Virus record (IMG/VR): IMGVR_UViG_3300025000_000064
Span: 32,001-96,000 of that record
Origin: a virus
Strand: one strand, 5' to 3'
Length of the DNA stretch: 64,000 nucleotides
Shown: piece after piece, positions 37,762-48,272 of the stretch
How the letters are laid out: every line of letters starts with the position of its first letter
Position numbering within the stretch: the first letter of the stretch is position 1
Notes under the pieces: model-generated
Told to the model about the DNA's origin: nothing
The model's database searches: none
The model's input: the letters and a program-made list of their open reading frames with translations, nothing else
Program-made: the position numbers and the translations under genes

Positions 37762-38517
37762 TTAAACCTCGATAATTAAATCTTTATTATATTTACTGTC
37801 TCCTCTTTCATATGGGGGAGGATACCCAACCTGGTTAGATATAAAATTTATCCCATGTTTTTTCTTTTTCATTGATTCATGCGTGTGTCCAGAAAACCAA
37901 TACAACGGCTTATTTTTACATGCTTCTATCTCTTTAGATAAATCTACTTCGTAAGCATATTTTAAATCATTATATTCATCTGTCAATATGCCTAAATGAT
38001 GCGTTATGACGATTGATTTGCCATCATATTTATCCAATTCTTTGAATATATATTCTTTTGATTTCTCATGAATATTATTTATAAAATATGGAGTTATTCT
38101 CCCAATTTCACAATTTATATAATTATAATCATTCATTGATTTCCATGCTCTTTGGATGTCATTTGGATTCATATTGTTGAAATTTGTCCAAAAGCATGAA
38201 CCTATGAATTTAACACCATCAATGATAACAAAATCATCTTCCAAGAAATGATAATGGGAATACAATTGAGATAGTTGTCTCAGTTTAAGAATTGTTGCTT
38301 CCATTGTTGATTTTTCATTATAGAATGTATGATTTCCAGCAACTTCAATGATATGCAGATTGGGATTCATGTCTAATAGATTTAATAGCCATAAAGCATG
38401 CTTTAAGCCTTCTGCTGTATCTCCAGCCAATATCAAAACATCAATATCCTCTAAATCAATATCGAATTTATAATTTCTAAAATCTAAATGCAAATCGGAT
38501 ATTGTTTTAATTTTCAT
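37762..38517 (-). CDS. calcineurin-like metallophosphoesterase
   Basis: SDLHLD, LAGD, AGNH, THH, SGHTH; start moved to MKIKT. Confidence 0.85.
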   Translation of the reverse strand: MKIKTISDLHLDFRNYKFDIDLEDIDVLILAGDTAEGLKHALWLLNLLDMNPNLHIIEVAGNHTFYNEKSTMEATILKLRQLSQLYSHYHFLEDDFVIIDGVKFIGSCFWTNFNNMNPNDIQRAWKSMNDYNYINCEIGRITPYFINNIHEKSKEYIFKELDKYDGKSIVITHHLGILTDEYNDLKYAYEVDLSKEIEACKNKPLYWFSGHTHESMKKKKHGINFISNQVGYPPPYERGDSKYNKDLIIEV

Positions 38518-38519
38518 TA

Positions 38520-38912
38520 TTAATCTCCAATCAACGCAATCAAGCAATCTTTTTCAAATTTTAAATCATTAATATCATGTGTATTCAAACTCAGGTTATC
38601 ATTATTTATTTTTAATCTATCTTGAACGGTTTTAATAATTGATAATTGCTCTTCATTTTCTTTCTTAAACTTAGCCTCTCTTATTGATTCGTTAGAGCCG
38701 TATTCTTTAAGTTCATCTTTATCCATATCGCTCAATTTCATGAGCCAAATGTTTCTGGTCATGGATAGCTCAAAATTAGCATTATCTAAACTATTCTTTA
38801 GCTCTGTATTTCTAATCATGCTCTGTCTTATTTCCGCATTTATTGTTTTTGCTTGTTCCATGACTTCTTTTAATCTTTTCTTCATATTATCTTCCTTCTC
38901 ATGTATAAACAT
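38520..38912 (-). CDS. hypothetical coiled-coil protein
   Basis: 130-aa ORF. Confidence 0.6.
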   Translation of the reverse strand: MFIHEKEDNMKKRLKEVMEQAKTINAEIRQSMIRNTELKNSLDNANFELSMTRNIWLMKLSDMDKDELKEYGSNESIREAKFKKENEEQLSIIKTVQDRLKINNDNLSLNTHDINDLKFEKDCLIALIGD

Positions 38913-39195
38913 GTAAATATCAATTCTCAGTGTAAATCTCTCACGTTGTAGTTCAATAACTTTGTGTTAAATATATTTCGGATACAAACATATCATATTA
39001 AATTAATTACTCTGCTATCTCTACATATTTACTTTTGAATATTCTTAATAGTGTTCCATTTGTTGATTTCATTATCACTTTACCGTCTTCTGTCTCCAAA
39101 ATAACTCCGAAAGTAAACATATTGCTCTCTCTGCAACTTTTAATACATGACTCAAATTCCTTTAAGTCTCTAATTATTATTTTCATTAATACCTC

Positions 39196-39639
39196 CTAAG
39201 TCCATAGATGATGCAGAAAACAATCAAATAATTGCAACATTGCATATTCTGAATTATTTCCAGTCATTTTTATTGCTTTATACATTATCTTATAATATCC
39301 ACTATGCTTTTCATCATATAATGCTTGCAAGAAATCTTTTATGTCTTTCATTCTGCTATTATAATTATCTACTTCTTCCACAGAAGGACGATTATCTTTC
39401 CAATCAAGTCCAACACAAATATCCATCAGTCTACTAATTTCTTTAGATAATAGAAAAGCATTATAGTCATAAGATGTTTTTATAATTGGATATTTTTTAT
39501 AATCTTTGCCAAGATTGTCTTCTAATTTTTCATATTCTTCTTCGGATATATCAGATTTTAATTCCCATTTATCAACCAATTCCGAATAGCTAAATCCTTT
39601 AAATTTAAATTCTTTTTTATTCATAATTTTTAGCTCCAT
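39196..39639 (-). CDS. hypothetical protein
   Basis: 147-aa ORF. Confidence 0.65.
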   Translation of the reverse strand: MELKIMNKKEFKFKGFSYSELVDKWELKSDISEEEYEKLEDNLGKDYKKYPIIKTSYDYNAFLLSKEISRLMDICVGLDWKDNRPSVEEVDNYNSRMKDIKDFLQALYDEKHSGYYKIMYKAIKMTGNNSEYAMLQLFDCFLHHLWT

Positions 39640-40198
39640 CTATACTAAACATTTTCTCACCTGTTTTTGCATTATAAAAATATTTATTATCTCTATATTT
39701 TAATTTATTTATTGCATCATCTAATAATATTGGAGTATAGTTTATTGCATCAACGGATACATCCATACTTCTTCCTTTCGTATATGGCAAAGAGCCATGA
39801 ACGTGTCCATAAAAGTGATAAGAACCATGAAAAGCCCTATCCCATGATAACATTGGAAAATGAATTAAAAATACGTAATCGTTATTGTGCATAAACCCTT
39901 TATAGTAATGCCAATTGGCTATATAGTTGGATGATTTTGCCCTTTGTAAGTTTTCTTTAGAGTCATGATTACCCTTTATGACAATCTTTTGACCATTTAA
40001 TTCGTTGAATATTTCATATTTTCTATCCCAAAAACAGTCTCCAAGTATATAAACAAGGTCTTCTTTAGAAACAGCATTATTCCAATTTGTTTTTATGAAA
40101 GAGTCATGTTCTTCGCAATCTTTGAATCGACTTCTCACTCCTCGCAAAATCAGATTATTATGCTTCATGTGTAAATCACTAATTAGAAATATCTTCAT
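39617..40198 (-). CDS. calcineurin-like metallophosphoesterase
   Basis: SDLH, LGD, KGNHD, HFP, YGHVH, DVSVD. Confidence 0.85.
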   Translation of the reverse strand: MKIFLISDLHMKHNNLILRGVRSRFKDCEEHDSFIKTNWNNAVSKEDLVYILGDCFWDRKYEIFNELNGQKIVIKGNHDSKENLQRAKSSNYIANWHYYKGFMHNNDYVFLIHFPMLSWDRAFHGSYHFYGHVHGSLPYTKGRSMDVSVDAINYTPILLDDAINKLKYRDNKYFYNAKTGEKMFSIDGAKNYE

Positions 40199-40204
40199 TG
40201 ATAT

Positions 40205-41062
40205 TTATTCCTTTATATAAAATAAATCTGCTTCATTATTTATATCTAATATAAATTCTTTTGTTTTGCTTATTATATTTTCATATATTTCTTTATGTTG
40301 TTTGGCATCGTTTATTAAATTAGCATCTCTGTCTGGATGATTGCCATGCTTGTTATTTCCGTAATCTATAACATTAAACTGCAATGAGCAATTTCCACAT
40401 TTCCAATATCTCAAATCTATTCCCTTGTATCTATCTCCGAATGTTTTTATTTTAAAATCATCTTCAACTAATCTTTTACCGCAAGAAGGACAAAATAATT
40501 CAGTCTCGTCACAATAATTATACTGTGCAACTTCTGATACAAAGTCAATTAAATCTTTTTTATTATTAATCTCTTCCAGTTCTTTAGATAAATTTTTTAT
40601 TGTTAATAAATCCTTTTCTCTCGCTTCCCCTAACTGTGTTCTATTTATTTTCTCTAACTTATAAATTTTATTATATAAATCATTTTTAGAATCAACATCA
40701 TTTACTTTTTTATATGAAAGCTCAATCAAATTTTTAATACATTGTTCTTTTTGCCATAAAAAATAAGCAAATTCTTTACTAAATACTTCTTTAACAATAA
40801 ATTCATTTGTAGCAAACACTGGAGCTTTACAACAACAGCCATCTTCAACAACGTCTCCAATTGTTTCTATTAAGGCTATTTCGTATTCTCTGTCCTTATA
40901 TACAGATTGTTTCCAATACCACATGCCATCAGTTATAGTCTGATATAACTTAAAGCCCACACCGTATATAGTTGGGTCATCATATAGTTTAACATGTTCT
41001 CCCAATTCATACTTAATGCCATTATCTATCAGTCCTTTTCTAAATATTTTGTAACCTATCAT
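40205..41062 (-). CDS. hypothetical protein with C-terminal zinc ribbon
   Basis: GYKIF...YELG N-terminus; CPSCG...CGNC. Confidence 0.65.
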   Translation of the reverse strand: MIGYKIFRKGLIDNGIKYELGEHVKLYDDPTIYGVGFKLYQTITDGMWYWKQSVYKDREYEIALIETIGDVVEDGCCCKAPVFATNEFIVKEVFSKEFAYFLWQKEQCIKNLIELSYKKVNDVDSKNDLYNKIYKLEKINRTQLGEAREKDLLTIKNLSKELEEINNKKDLIDFVSEVAQYNYCDETELFCPSCGKRLVEDDFKIKTFGDRYKGIDLRYWKCGNCSLQFNVIDYGNNKHGNHPDRDANLINDAKQHKEIYENIISKTKEFILDINNEADLFYIKE

Positions 41063-41089
41063 TTTATTATCCTTAATTTCTATATAAAT

Positions 41090-41118
41090 ATATTAAACGA
41101 TAAAATAACATCTGTCAA
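41090..41118 (-). promoter_or_regulatory. sigma70/sigmaA-type promoter
   Basis: TTGACA-N17-TAATAT. Confidence 0.6.
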
Positions 41119-41130
41119 TATATAATAAAA

Positions 41131-41148
41131 AGATGTCTTTCGACATCT
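41131..41148 (-). terminator. intrinsic terminator closing the candidate large ncRNA
   Basis: AGATGTC-GAAA-GACATCT followed by TTTT on the minus strand. Confidence 0.8.
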
Positions 41149-41149
41149 C

Positions 41150-41682
41150 TTACAAAGGAGCAATTATTTATTATAAACAACCAATAAATAATAAATTATA
41201 AAACATAGACAAGGTTTATTTTTTACTTGCAAGCTTTCACCATACAGCCATTTACCATTATTCAGACACATACTAGGTTAATTGTACTTTTTAACCCTTA
41301 ACATATGAAGAGATTGGTTACTCTTAGCTTTCACATCCAATATCATATTTTATATAGCCGTTATTTTCAAGCGACATTTGCTACTCGCACTCCGTACATA
41401 GTCTTTCGTATCTGATATTAACCAGATACCAATCGCAGTTTATCACGTTTCTTTGTTCAAATGTATCCTCACTTCACTAAGGTAACATAAAAATTCAGAT
41501 AGCTTACACAAGACTTACAGATTCCTTATGGTTTTATAGTTACTTACAGTTATTAACAATTCGTCTTTGACAAAACTATGAAGGGCATTCCAACCCTCTT
41601 ATTAATACACTTTTGAGAACTTGGCATTCTCTTCAGTCACTATATTTTACAATTTATTATTTAATTATCATGGTTCGATTAT
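41150..41682 (-). ncRNA. candidate large structured ncRNA (~530-550 nt)
   Basis: no ORF of 60 aa or more on either strand, visibly higher GC, many hairpins and long-range pairings, own promoter and terminator. Confidence 0.6.
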
Positions 41683-41688
41683 ATTTTT

Positions 41689-41717
41689 ATTATGTATTAT
41701 AACATCTTACTTGTCAA
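41689..41717 (-). promoter_or_regulatory. sigma70/sigmaA-type promoter for the candidate ncRNA
   Basis: TTGACA-N17-CATAAT, with an overlapping TG-N-TATAAT. Confidence 0.7.
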
Positions 41718-41756
41718 GTAGTGAATTATTTTTTTAATTATCGCATTTGTTATTGA

Positions 41757-42089
41757 CTATAATTTATATATGTTTTCTTTGTTTAATGCGCTTTTATACA
41801 CAGATATAATTTCTCTAAACCCACTGCATGTGAATTCTAAAGACTCGCTATATACAATATTGTTAACACACATTCCAACTATTGATAAACAGTCAAAATT
41901 ATCTGGGTCTATAAGCTTTACCCTAATGTCTATTAATGGGCTAATATAACTGAAGCAACTTTCCCTTTCGGATATTTTTATATTAGCAAATTTAGTAAGT
42001 AAATATTTTAATAAAAAATATATATATCCATCTTGGTTTTTGTCTATCAGAACACATAAAGAAAACCTATTGTTTTTCATAATAATCAT
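41757..42089 (-). CDS. hypothetical protein, MII-type N-terminus (MIIMKNN)
   Basis: 110-aa ORF; N-terminus matches MIIMKN of 15352-15609. Confidence 0.65.
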   Translation of the reverse strand: MIIMKNNRFSLCVLIDKNQDGYIYFLLKYLLTKFANIKISERESCFSYISPLIDIRVKLIDPDNFDCLSIVGMCVNNIVYSESLEFTCSGFREIISVYKSALNKENIYKL

Positions 42090-42239
42090 TTATCTCTTTT
42101 TTTATTGCTTCGACCAATTTTAAGCCATTCTCTTGGCAAGTCATATTCTGGTTATGAAAGGGCATTGTGTCCCTAAAGAGAGCAACATATAATCCTGATA
42201 ATTTTGATGACAATTTATATATTCTAGATTCTTTTTTCA

Positions 42240-42818
42240 TTAATACTCCACACCTCGCCTACTTTTTACTCCGATATCTATATAATGCTTTATAGGGTTC
42301 ATTCCTGTTATCAGATGGGCAACTTCAAATAATTTTTCTCTTATCTCTGGTCTACCTATTCTTCCAGTCATTACCACTTCTAACCTTTTTGGTTTATTTT
42401 TTAGAAAATCTAAAACTTGGTCAATGTGTATTGTGTCCAAATCTAAAGCTATGTTTATTTCATCTAATACTATCATGTCATACTCTTTGGCATTATGTAT
42501 GATGTAGAACCATCCCTTTTGTGCCTCCAATTTGTCTTCGTCTGTTAAGTTGGCTTTATATACAACTTTATCAAATCCACAATTTTTATATTTTAAATTT
42601 TTTCTTATATTGTCCTTTAATGAATTTAAAGCGTTATATTCTCCGTACTTGCACCTATCTCCTCCTTTGCAGAACTGCATGATAAGAACTTTCCACCCAG
42701 AACCTAAAGCCCTTAAAGCCAAACCCATAGATGCAGTAGTCTTTCCCTTCCCTTCTGATGTGTATATTTGTATATATCCAGTTTTTCTAAACTTTGGATT
42801 TTGCAATTCTTCTGTCAT
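42240..42818 (-). CDS. cobO: cob(I)alamin adenosyltransferase (CobO/BtuR)
   Basis: GYIQIYTSEGKGKTTASMGLALRA.G.G, QFCKG, LDEINIAL, EVVMTGR, GVEY. Confidence 0.9.
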   Translation of the reverse strand: MTEELQNPKFRKTGYIQIYTSEGKGKTTASMGLALRALGSGWKVLIMQFCKGGDRCKYGEYNALNSLKDNIRKNLKYKNCGFDKVVYKANLTDEDKLEAQKGWFYIIHNAKEYDMIVLDEINIALDLDTIHIDQVLDFLKNKPKRLEVVMTGRIGRPEIREKLFEVAHLITGMNPIKHYIDIGVKSRRGVEY

Positions 42819-43175
42819 TTATTTCACTATTGGTTTTAAACTAGCATCTAAACTGTTTCTCAATAATCCCTCAAATATTCTTAGTGTTTTCATATTTTGT
42901 TTTAAATCAGGATTTATCTTTTTAAACAATCTGCTTGTATAAGAAGGAGAACATTCATTGCAAATATAAGTTTCGTCTTTTGATTTTTTATGAAATTTTA
43001 TTAGCTTTGTTGTGTTTGAACATATGTTGCATTTAATAAGTTTCTTTGTGTAATCTTTGCATTTATCAATCTGCTTTAATCTTTGCAATTCTAAAACATT
43101 GATTTCTTTAGGTTTTTCTATTTTATAAGCGGAACTTACTTCGCTTTTAACTTCACTATTTTCATCTGTTAGCAT
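42819..43175 (-). CDS. hypothetical Zn-finger protein
   Basis: CNIC...CNEC. Confidence 0.6.
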   Translation of the reverse strand: MLTDENSEVKSEVSSAYKIEKPKEINVLELQRLKQIDKCKDYTKKLIKCNICSNTTKLIKFHKKSKDETYICNECSPSYTSRLFKKINPDLKQNMKTLRIFEGLLRNSLDASLKPIVK

Positions 43176-43343
43176 ATATTTTCTCCATTACAGAACTATA
43201 TCTTTCGTACCATAGATTAGATATAAATTTATGATGCTCTATCATCTTATCTTTATAATAAATCTTTTGTTCTAAATCTATTCTTTTATTTAATTCATAA
43301 AAATAACCTATTATAAATATAAATAAAAATACATATGTCATGA

Positions 43344-43685
43344 TTAATCCCTTTTATTGTCCAGTCTTTCTTTTAAGATGATTCCCAAAATTGATAAAGA
43401 TGTCAATATAGAATCAATCTCTTCTTTGTCTTTATTGTCATAGATAACTTTATAACCTACAATTATCTTATTTGCTAATTGAGAATCAGTTTCTTTTTCT
43501 AATTCTTTTTTCATAGCCATTGCTTTATTGTATAGCTCAATACCTACATTTTTTAATTCATTAATATCATTATTTTCTGTCATTACTTGTTCCTTTATTA
43601 AAACAATCACACTTAACAGCAAGTCCAGTTTCATATAACTTTGTGCCGTCTTTATCGCAAATGGGTTTTGCTTTATTTGTTTCAT
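43344..43685 (-). CDS. hypothetical protein
   Basis: 113-aa ORF. Confidence 0.6.
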   Translation of the reverse strand: MKQIKQNPFAIKTAQSYMKLDLLLSVIVLIKEQVMTENNDINELKNVGIELYNKAMAMKKELEKETDSQLANKIIVGYKVIYDNKDKEEIDSILTSLSILGIILKERLDNKRD

Positions 43686-43735
43686 TAATATTTAAACAAC
43701 TTGGACATTTTTTCTCTTTTCCGCAAAGTCTATCA

Positions 43736-44431
43736 TTAATCATCATATGCCTCCATTTCTTTTTTAATTTTATCTAAGATTTTATCTCTTTTTGAATAAA
43801 TAGCTTTCTTTGAAATATTTAATTTTGAAACCAAATCATCAATAGATAGTCTTTTGTTATTGAACAATCCATAATAATCTATCAAAAATTCTTTATCAAA
43901 AACATTTATGTTGGACAAATCAAATATTTTTATTATATCTAAATTAATATCTACATCGGAAAATGATTTGTCATTATATAATGTTGTAGCCCCTTTTGTT
44001 ACAATTGACTTTTTATTTTTCTTATTCTCCTCATTTTCACGCACAAGATAATTCTTATTGTTATCAAATTTATCTCTTACTTCTCCAACGAGCAAGTTAT
44101 TATTATAGAATTTATCTTCCGCTAAAAAAAATCTTGTTGAATAATAATTTATATTATTTTTTAAATATGTTGAGAATTTCATTTTTTTGGAATATTTAAA
44201 GTTCTCAACACTTTTCATAAAGGTTATCATACAATGAGATTGAACATCTTCAAAATCTATAAGATTGTTTTTGTTTTTGCAAATAACGTTAGCCTCTTTG
44301 TTTATTAAACCAATCACCTTGTAAAGTATTTTGTTTAAGGTTTCCTTGTCTTTTTTCTCTTGATATAGCAAAACTAAATCTTCTGTGTCTTCTCTGACAT
44401 CTTTAAACTTACTAACTATGTTGTTATACAT
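43736..44431 (-). CDS. phage RNA polymerase sigma factor (sigma70 family)
   Basis: region 2-like DFEDVQS...FMKSVENF...KFSTY; region 4 HTH YYGL...SIDDLVSKLNISKKAI. Confidence 0.8.
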   Translation of the reverse strand: MYNNIVSKFKDVREDTEDLVLLYQEKKDKETLNKILYKVIGLINKEANVICKNKNNLIDFEDVQSHCMITFMKSVENFKYSKKMKFSTYLKNNINYYSTRFFLAEDKFYNNNLLVGEVRDKFDNNKNYLVRENEENKKNKKSIVTKGATTLYNDKSFSDVDINLDIIKIFDLSNINVFDKEFLIDYYGLFNNKRLSIDDLVSKLNISKKAIYSKRDKILDKIKKEMEAYDD

Positions 44432-47400
44432 GTCTTCTCAATTCCCGCATAATACATTTCTTTATTAACATATTTCTTATCATCAACCCAACAGGTTGAC
44501 TGCATTATTTTAGTTTTGCCATCTTTCTTTCTTTTTAAAGCAGTGATATATTTTATTTCCTTGTTATTATTGTAGCATTCGTTACTGCAATTTGTCAAGA
44601 TGTTTGATAATTTTTTAACATCTGTATTATCATCAATATCGAAATATATTATTTCTGGGTCATTTATAAAGGACAATATGGATATATTTTCTCCAGCATA
44701 ATCATAATTACCAAAGTTTTTATTATAAGCATCCAATACCTTTAGCTTTATAATGCATAATTTATTTTTATTTACCTTTCTTCCATTTATTTTTTCCCAC
44801 ATCCAAGGTGCAAATTTAACAGTTATTGACTCTCCTAAAAATTCTATTTCGACTCTAGCAGCTCCTTTTTCTGTAACATCTTTACTTCTTATCAACCCTA
44901 TAACATTAATATATTGTTCATTATTTTTATATTGCTCTGCAATATCATCATTCTTTAAATCTGCAATTGGAACTGTGTCAAAATATTTTTCATATGTAGA
45001 AAATAATATCATTGGATTATTTGAAACAGAGAATCCCAATAGTTCTTCTTCAAAATCTTTATATTCTTCAGAAGTAAAATCTTCACCATAATCGTTATTC
45101 AGGGTTAAAGAATTAAGTTCCTCTTTTATTATTCCTTCCAATTCCAATTTAAGATTAGCTTTTTTTTCTTTGTCTTCTTTCTTTGTGCTTTTTATTTCTT
45201 TTACCCTTGCTTCTATTTCTTTATATTCTTCTAATGATTTAGCTTTAGATATTGCTATTGTTTCCAACACAGCATCTTTTAATGTTGTTTTACCTTCTTT
45301 GTATCTCGATAAAGTTTTAGCCTTTTGAATGAACTCCACATAGCTTAATAGCATTTTAGAATTAGATTCAATTGATTTAAGAGAACCTGTTTTTATTAAA
45401 CCTTCTAATGCGGTCTTATTAACAGAAGAACACCTTTCTATCAAGTCCCAAAAACTTTTATATTCTCCATTGTTTTTTCTCTCTTCTAAAAGCTTATTCA
45501 AAGCACTCTCTCCAATGCCTTTAATTGCAGCCAACCCAAATACAATATTATTATCATTATTTATTTCAAATAAATTCGTAGATACATTAATATCTGGTGG
45601 CAATACTTTTAAACCAATTCTAAAGCTTTCCGATATATATTGTTTTATCTTATCAGAACTTCCAATTTCATGATTCAATAAACATCTCATATATTCAACT
45701 GAATGATTAGCTTTTAAATATGCTGTTCTGTAAGCCAAGATAGCATAAGCAAGACTATGAGATTTATTAAAAGCATATTGTCCGAATCCTTCAATATTAT
45801 TATATAAGCCTATTGCAAAACTCTCATCAATATTGTTGTTTATGCAACCATCAACAAATATTTTTCTATGCTCGTCAATAATTTCTTTCTTCTTTTTGCC
45901 GATACCTTTTCTTAATTCATCAGCTTGAGACATTGTGTACCCCGCAAGCACTACTGCTAAACGCATTACTTGTTCTTGATAAATCATAGTTCCATATGTA
46001 TCAGACAATACATCTTCTATTTGAGGGTATCTATATTTTATGTTTTCTGAATTATGTTTATTGTTAATATAGTCCTCAATTGCTCCACACTGAATAGGAC
46101 CAGGTCGATATAATGCTATAACAGCGTCTAAATGCTTTAATTCTGAAGGATTAAGAGATTTAAGTAACCCTTGCATTCCATTGCTTTCTAATTGAAACAC
46201 GCCAGAAGAAAATCCCTGAGATAACATATTATACGTTTTTTTATCATCATATTCTATGTTGTCAAAACTTACTTCTGTTTCTTGTCTTGCTTTTATTAAA
46301 TCAGTTGTATTTTTTATAATTGTCAAGTTTTTTAAGCCCAATATATCATATTTTACCAATCCAACTTTCTCAGCATTATCCATAGAATAAGCAGTTGCTA
46401 TTGTTCCCTCTTTTGTTCTAACCAAAGGGCAAATATCTGAAATATCTCTATCTGAAATCATATATCCACTAGCATGACAGCCTGAGTTTTGTATTCTTCC
46501 TTCTATTTTTTTAGCCATATCTATTATGTTTGCTATTTCTTCATCGTTGTCATATAGTATCTTGAAAGCAGGACTATCCTCTAATTCACTATCTATTGTA
46601 GAATCTGGCTTGCCACTCATAGCCTTTGTTATTTCATTGGCTTTCTTAAAATCTAAACCATAAGTGCTTGCAACTGATTTGACAGCAGCTTTAGCCTTTA
46701 ATTCTCCAAAGGTAATGATTCCAGCAACAGAATATTTTCCATATTTTTCTTTTAAATATTCTATTATTTCTCCTCTTCTTTCAATACATATATCTGAGTC
46801 GATGTCTGGAATGCCTATCCTGTCTGGGTTTAAGAACCTTTCAAATGGCAAATTATATTTTATAGGGTCAATTTCTGTGATTCCTAATAAGTAACAAACA
46901 ATACTTGCACCAGCAGAACCTCTCCCTGGACCAGTTGGAATTCCTTGTTTTCTTGCCCAATTTGTGTAATCTTGAACTATCAAAAAATATCCCTCAAAAT
47001 TCATTTGAGAAATAATAGATATTTCATAATTTATTCTACTAAAAACTTCTGTACTTATATTTGTTTTATAGATTCTTTTTATGCCTTTTAATATTTCATT
47101 TTTAAATATTTCTTTTTCATTGTCTGCAAATTTAGGCATGATTGGTTTTCCAATTTCCAATTCTAAATTGCATTTATCAATTATTTCATAAGTATTATCT
47201 ATACAATTATCTATGAAGTCTTGACCGTATTCTTTATGAGATTCACATATTTCTTCATAACTTTTATAATAGAATTCATTGTTTGAGAATTTAAACCTTT
47301 TCTCGTCAGTTAATTTAGCATTTGTGTTTTTGCATAATAATACATCATGAGTGACAGAATCCTCTTTATTTAAATAATGCACATCGTTTGCGATTATATT

Positions 47401-48084
47401 TTTAATATTATGCTTTTTAGACAACTCTATCAATATTTTATTAATTATTGTTTCTTCTTCTAAGTCATGACTGTGAATTTCTATATAAAAATCATCATTG
47501 AAAATATCTTTATAAAACAATATTAAATTTTCTGCTTTTTCAATATCGTTATTTAATATGGCTTGGTTTATGTCTGACATTATACATGCAGATGTACATA
47601 TTAAATCAGAAGAATATTTTTTTAATACCTCATAGTCGATTCTTGGTTTGTAATAAAAATTTTCCAAATTAGCATACGTTATTAGTTTGCACAGATTTTT
47701 ATAGCCTTTATTGTTTTTAGCATATAAGCATAAATGCCTTCTGTTTTCATGATGTTTTAGCTCTTCTGTTAAGCTTTTTAAATTTGTTTTATCTTCACTT
47801 TCTTGAATTAGTTTCATATTATCTTTTAATTCTTTTATTTTAATTTTTAATTCATCGCCCTTTAAGCTTGATTCGCTAAGATATGCTTCAAATCCTACGA
47901 TTGGTTTGATTTCATTCTTTTTGCATTCATTATAAAACTCTATTGCCCCAGACATGACCATGTGGTCAGAAATAAACAAAGCAGAAAGTTCTCTTTGTTT
48001 GCCAAATGCTACATATTCTTTAATTGTTGCCAATCCATCCAGTACAGAATAGTTGGTATGGACATGGTTATCTATATATTTCAT
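44416..48084 (-). CDS. dnaE: DNA polymerase III alpha subunit
   Basis: PHP HVHTNYSVLDG, GPGRGSAGAS, FERFLNPDR..PDIDSD, HASG, VKYDILGL, GVFQLES, YQEQVM, YAFNKSH. Confidence 0.95.
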   Translation of the reverse strand: MKYIDNHVHTNYSVLDGLATIKEYVAFGKQRELSALFISDHMVMSGAIEFYNECKKNEIKPIVGFEAYLSESSLKGDELKIKIKELKDNMKLIQESEDKTNLKSLTEELKHHENRRHLCLYAKNNKGYKNLCKLITYANLENFYYKPRIDYEVLKKYSSDLICTSACIMSDINQAILNNDIEKAENLILFYKDIFNDDFYIEIHSHDLEEETIINKILIELSKKHNIKNIIANDVHYLNKEDSVTHDVLLCKNTNAKLTDEKRFKFSNNEFYYKSYEEICESHKEYGQDFIDNCIDNTYEIIDKCNLELEIGKPIMPKFADNEKEIFKNEILKGIKRIYKTNISTEVFSRINYEISIISQMNFEGYFLIVQDYTNWARKQGIPTGPGRGSAGASIVCYLLGITEIDPIKYNLPFERFLNPDRIGIPDIDSDICIERRGEIIEYLKEKYGKYSVAGIITFGELKAKAAVKSVASTYGLDFKKANEITKAMSGKPDSTIDSELEDSPAFKILYDNDEEIANIIDMAKKIEGRIQNSGCHASGYMISDRDISDICPLVRTKEGTIATAYSMDNAEKVGLVKYDILGLKNLTIIKNTTDLIKARQETEVSFDNIEYDDKKTYNMLSQGFSSGVFQLESNGMQGLLKSLNPSELKHLDAVIALYRPGPIQCGAIEDYINNKHNSENIKYRYPQIEDVLSDTYGTMIYQEQVMRLAVVLAGYTMSQADELRKGIGKKKKEIIDEHRKIFVDGCINNNIDESFAIGLYNNIEGFGQYAFNKSHSLAYAILAYRTAYLKANHSVEYMRCLLNHEIGSSDKIKQYISESFRIGLKVLPPDINVSTNLFEINNDNNIVFGLAAIKGIGESALNKLLEERKNNGEYKSFWDLIERCSSVNKTALEGLIKTGSLKSIESNSKMLLSYVEFIQKAKTLSRYKEGKTTLKDAVLETIAISKAKSLEEYKEIEARVKEIKSTKKEDKEKKANLKLELEGIIKEELNSLTLNNDYGEDFTSEEYKDFEEELLGFSVSNNPMILFSTYEKYFDTVPIADLKNDDIAEQYKNNEQYINVIGLIRSKDVTEKGAARVEIEFLGESITVKFAPWMWEKINGRKVNKNKLCIIKLKVLDAYNKNFGNYDYAGENISILSFINDPEIIYFDIDDNTDVKKLSNILTNCSNECYNNNKEIKYITALKRKKDGKTKIMQSTCWVDDKKYVNKEMYYAGIEKTCITT

Positions 48085-48272
48085 TATAGTGCTATATCTC
48101 CATCGTTATCATCATAATTAGCTCCATGCTGAAGAACAAAAATAATATTGTTTTCTCTGTCTTTTTTAATGTCAATAATTTCAAATTCTGCACATGGTAT
48201 TTGACATATTATTTTTTGACCATCTTTTATATTTAATTTATTTAAAATAGATATTAGCGTTTTATATTCCAT
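48084..48272 (-). CDS. hypothetical protein
   Basis: 62-aa ORF. Confidence 0.55.
   Translation of the reverse strand: MEYKTLISILNKLNIKDGQKIICQIPCAEFEIIDIKKDRENNIIFVLQHGANYDDNDGDIAL

Noticed and set aside
41657-41671. ATG ATA ATT AAA TAA (MIIK*) at the 5' end of the candidate ncRNA
   Set aside because: Four codons with no RBS; could be chance or a relic. Noted only because it matches the array motif.
44416-48084. Intein or intron in dnaE (low-complexity inserts in the PHP and C-terminal regions)
   Set aside because: No Cys/Ser/Ala...His-Asn splice motifs or endonuclease motifs; the inserts look like helical loops.
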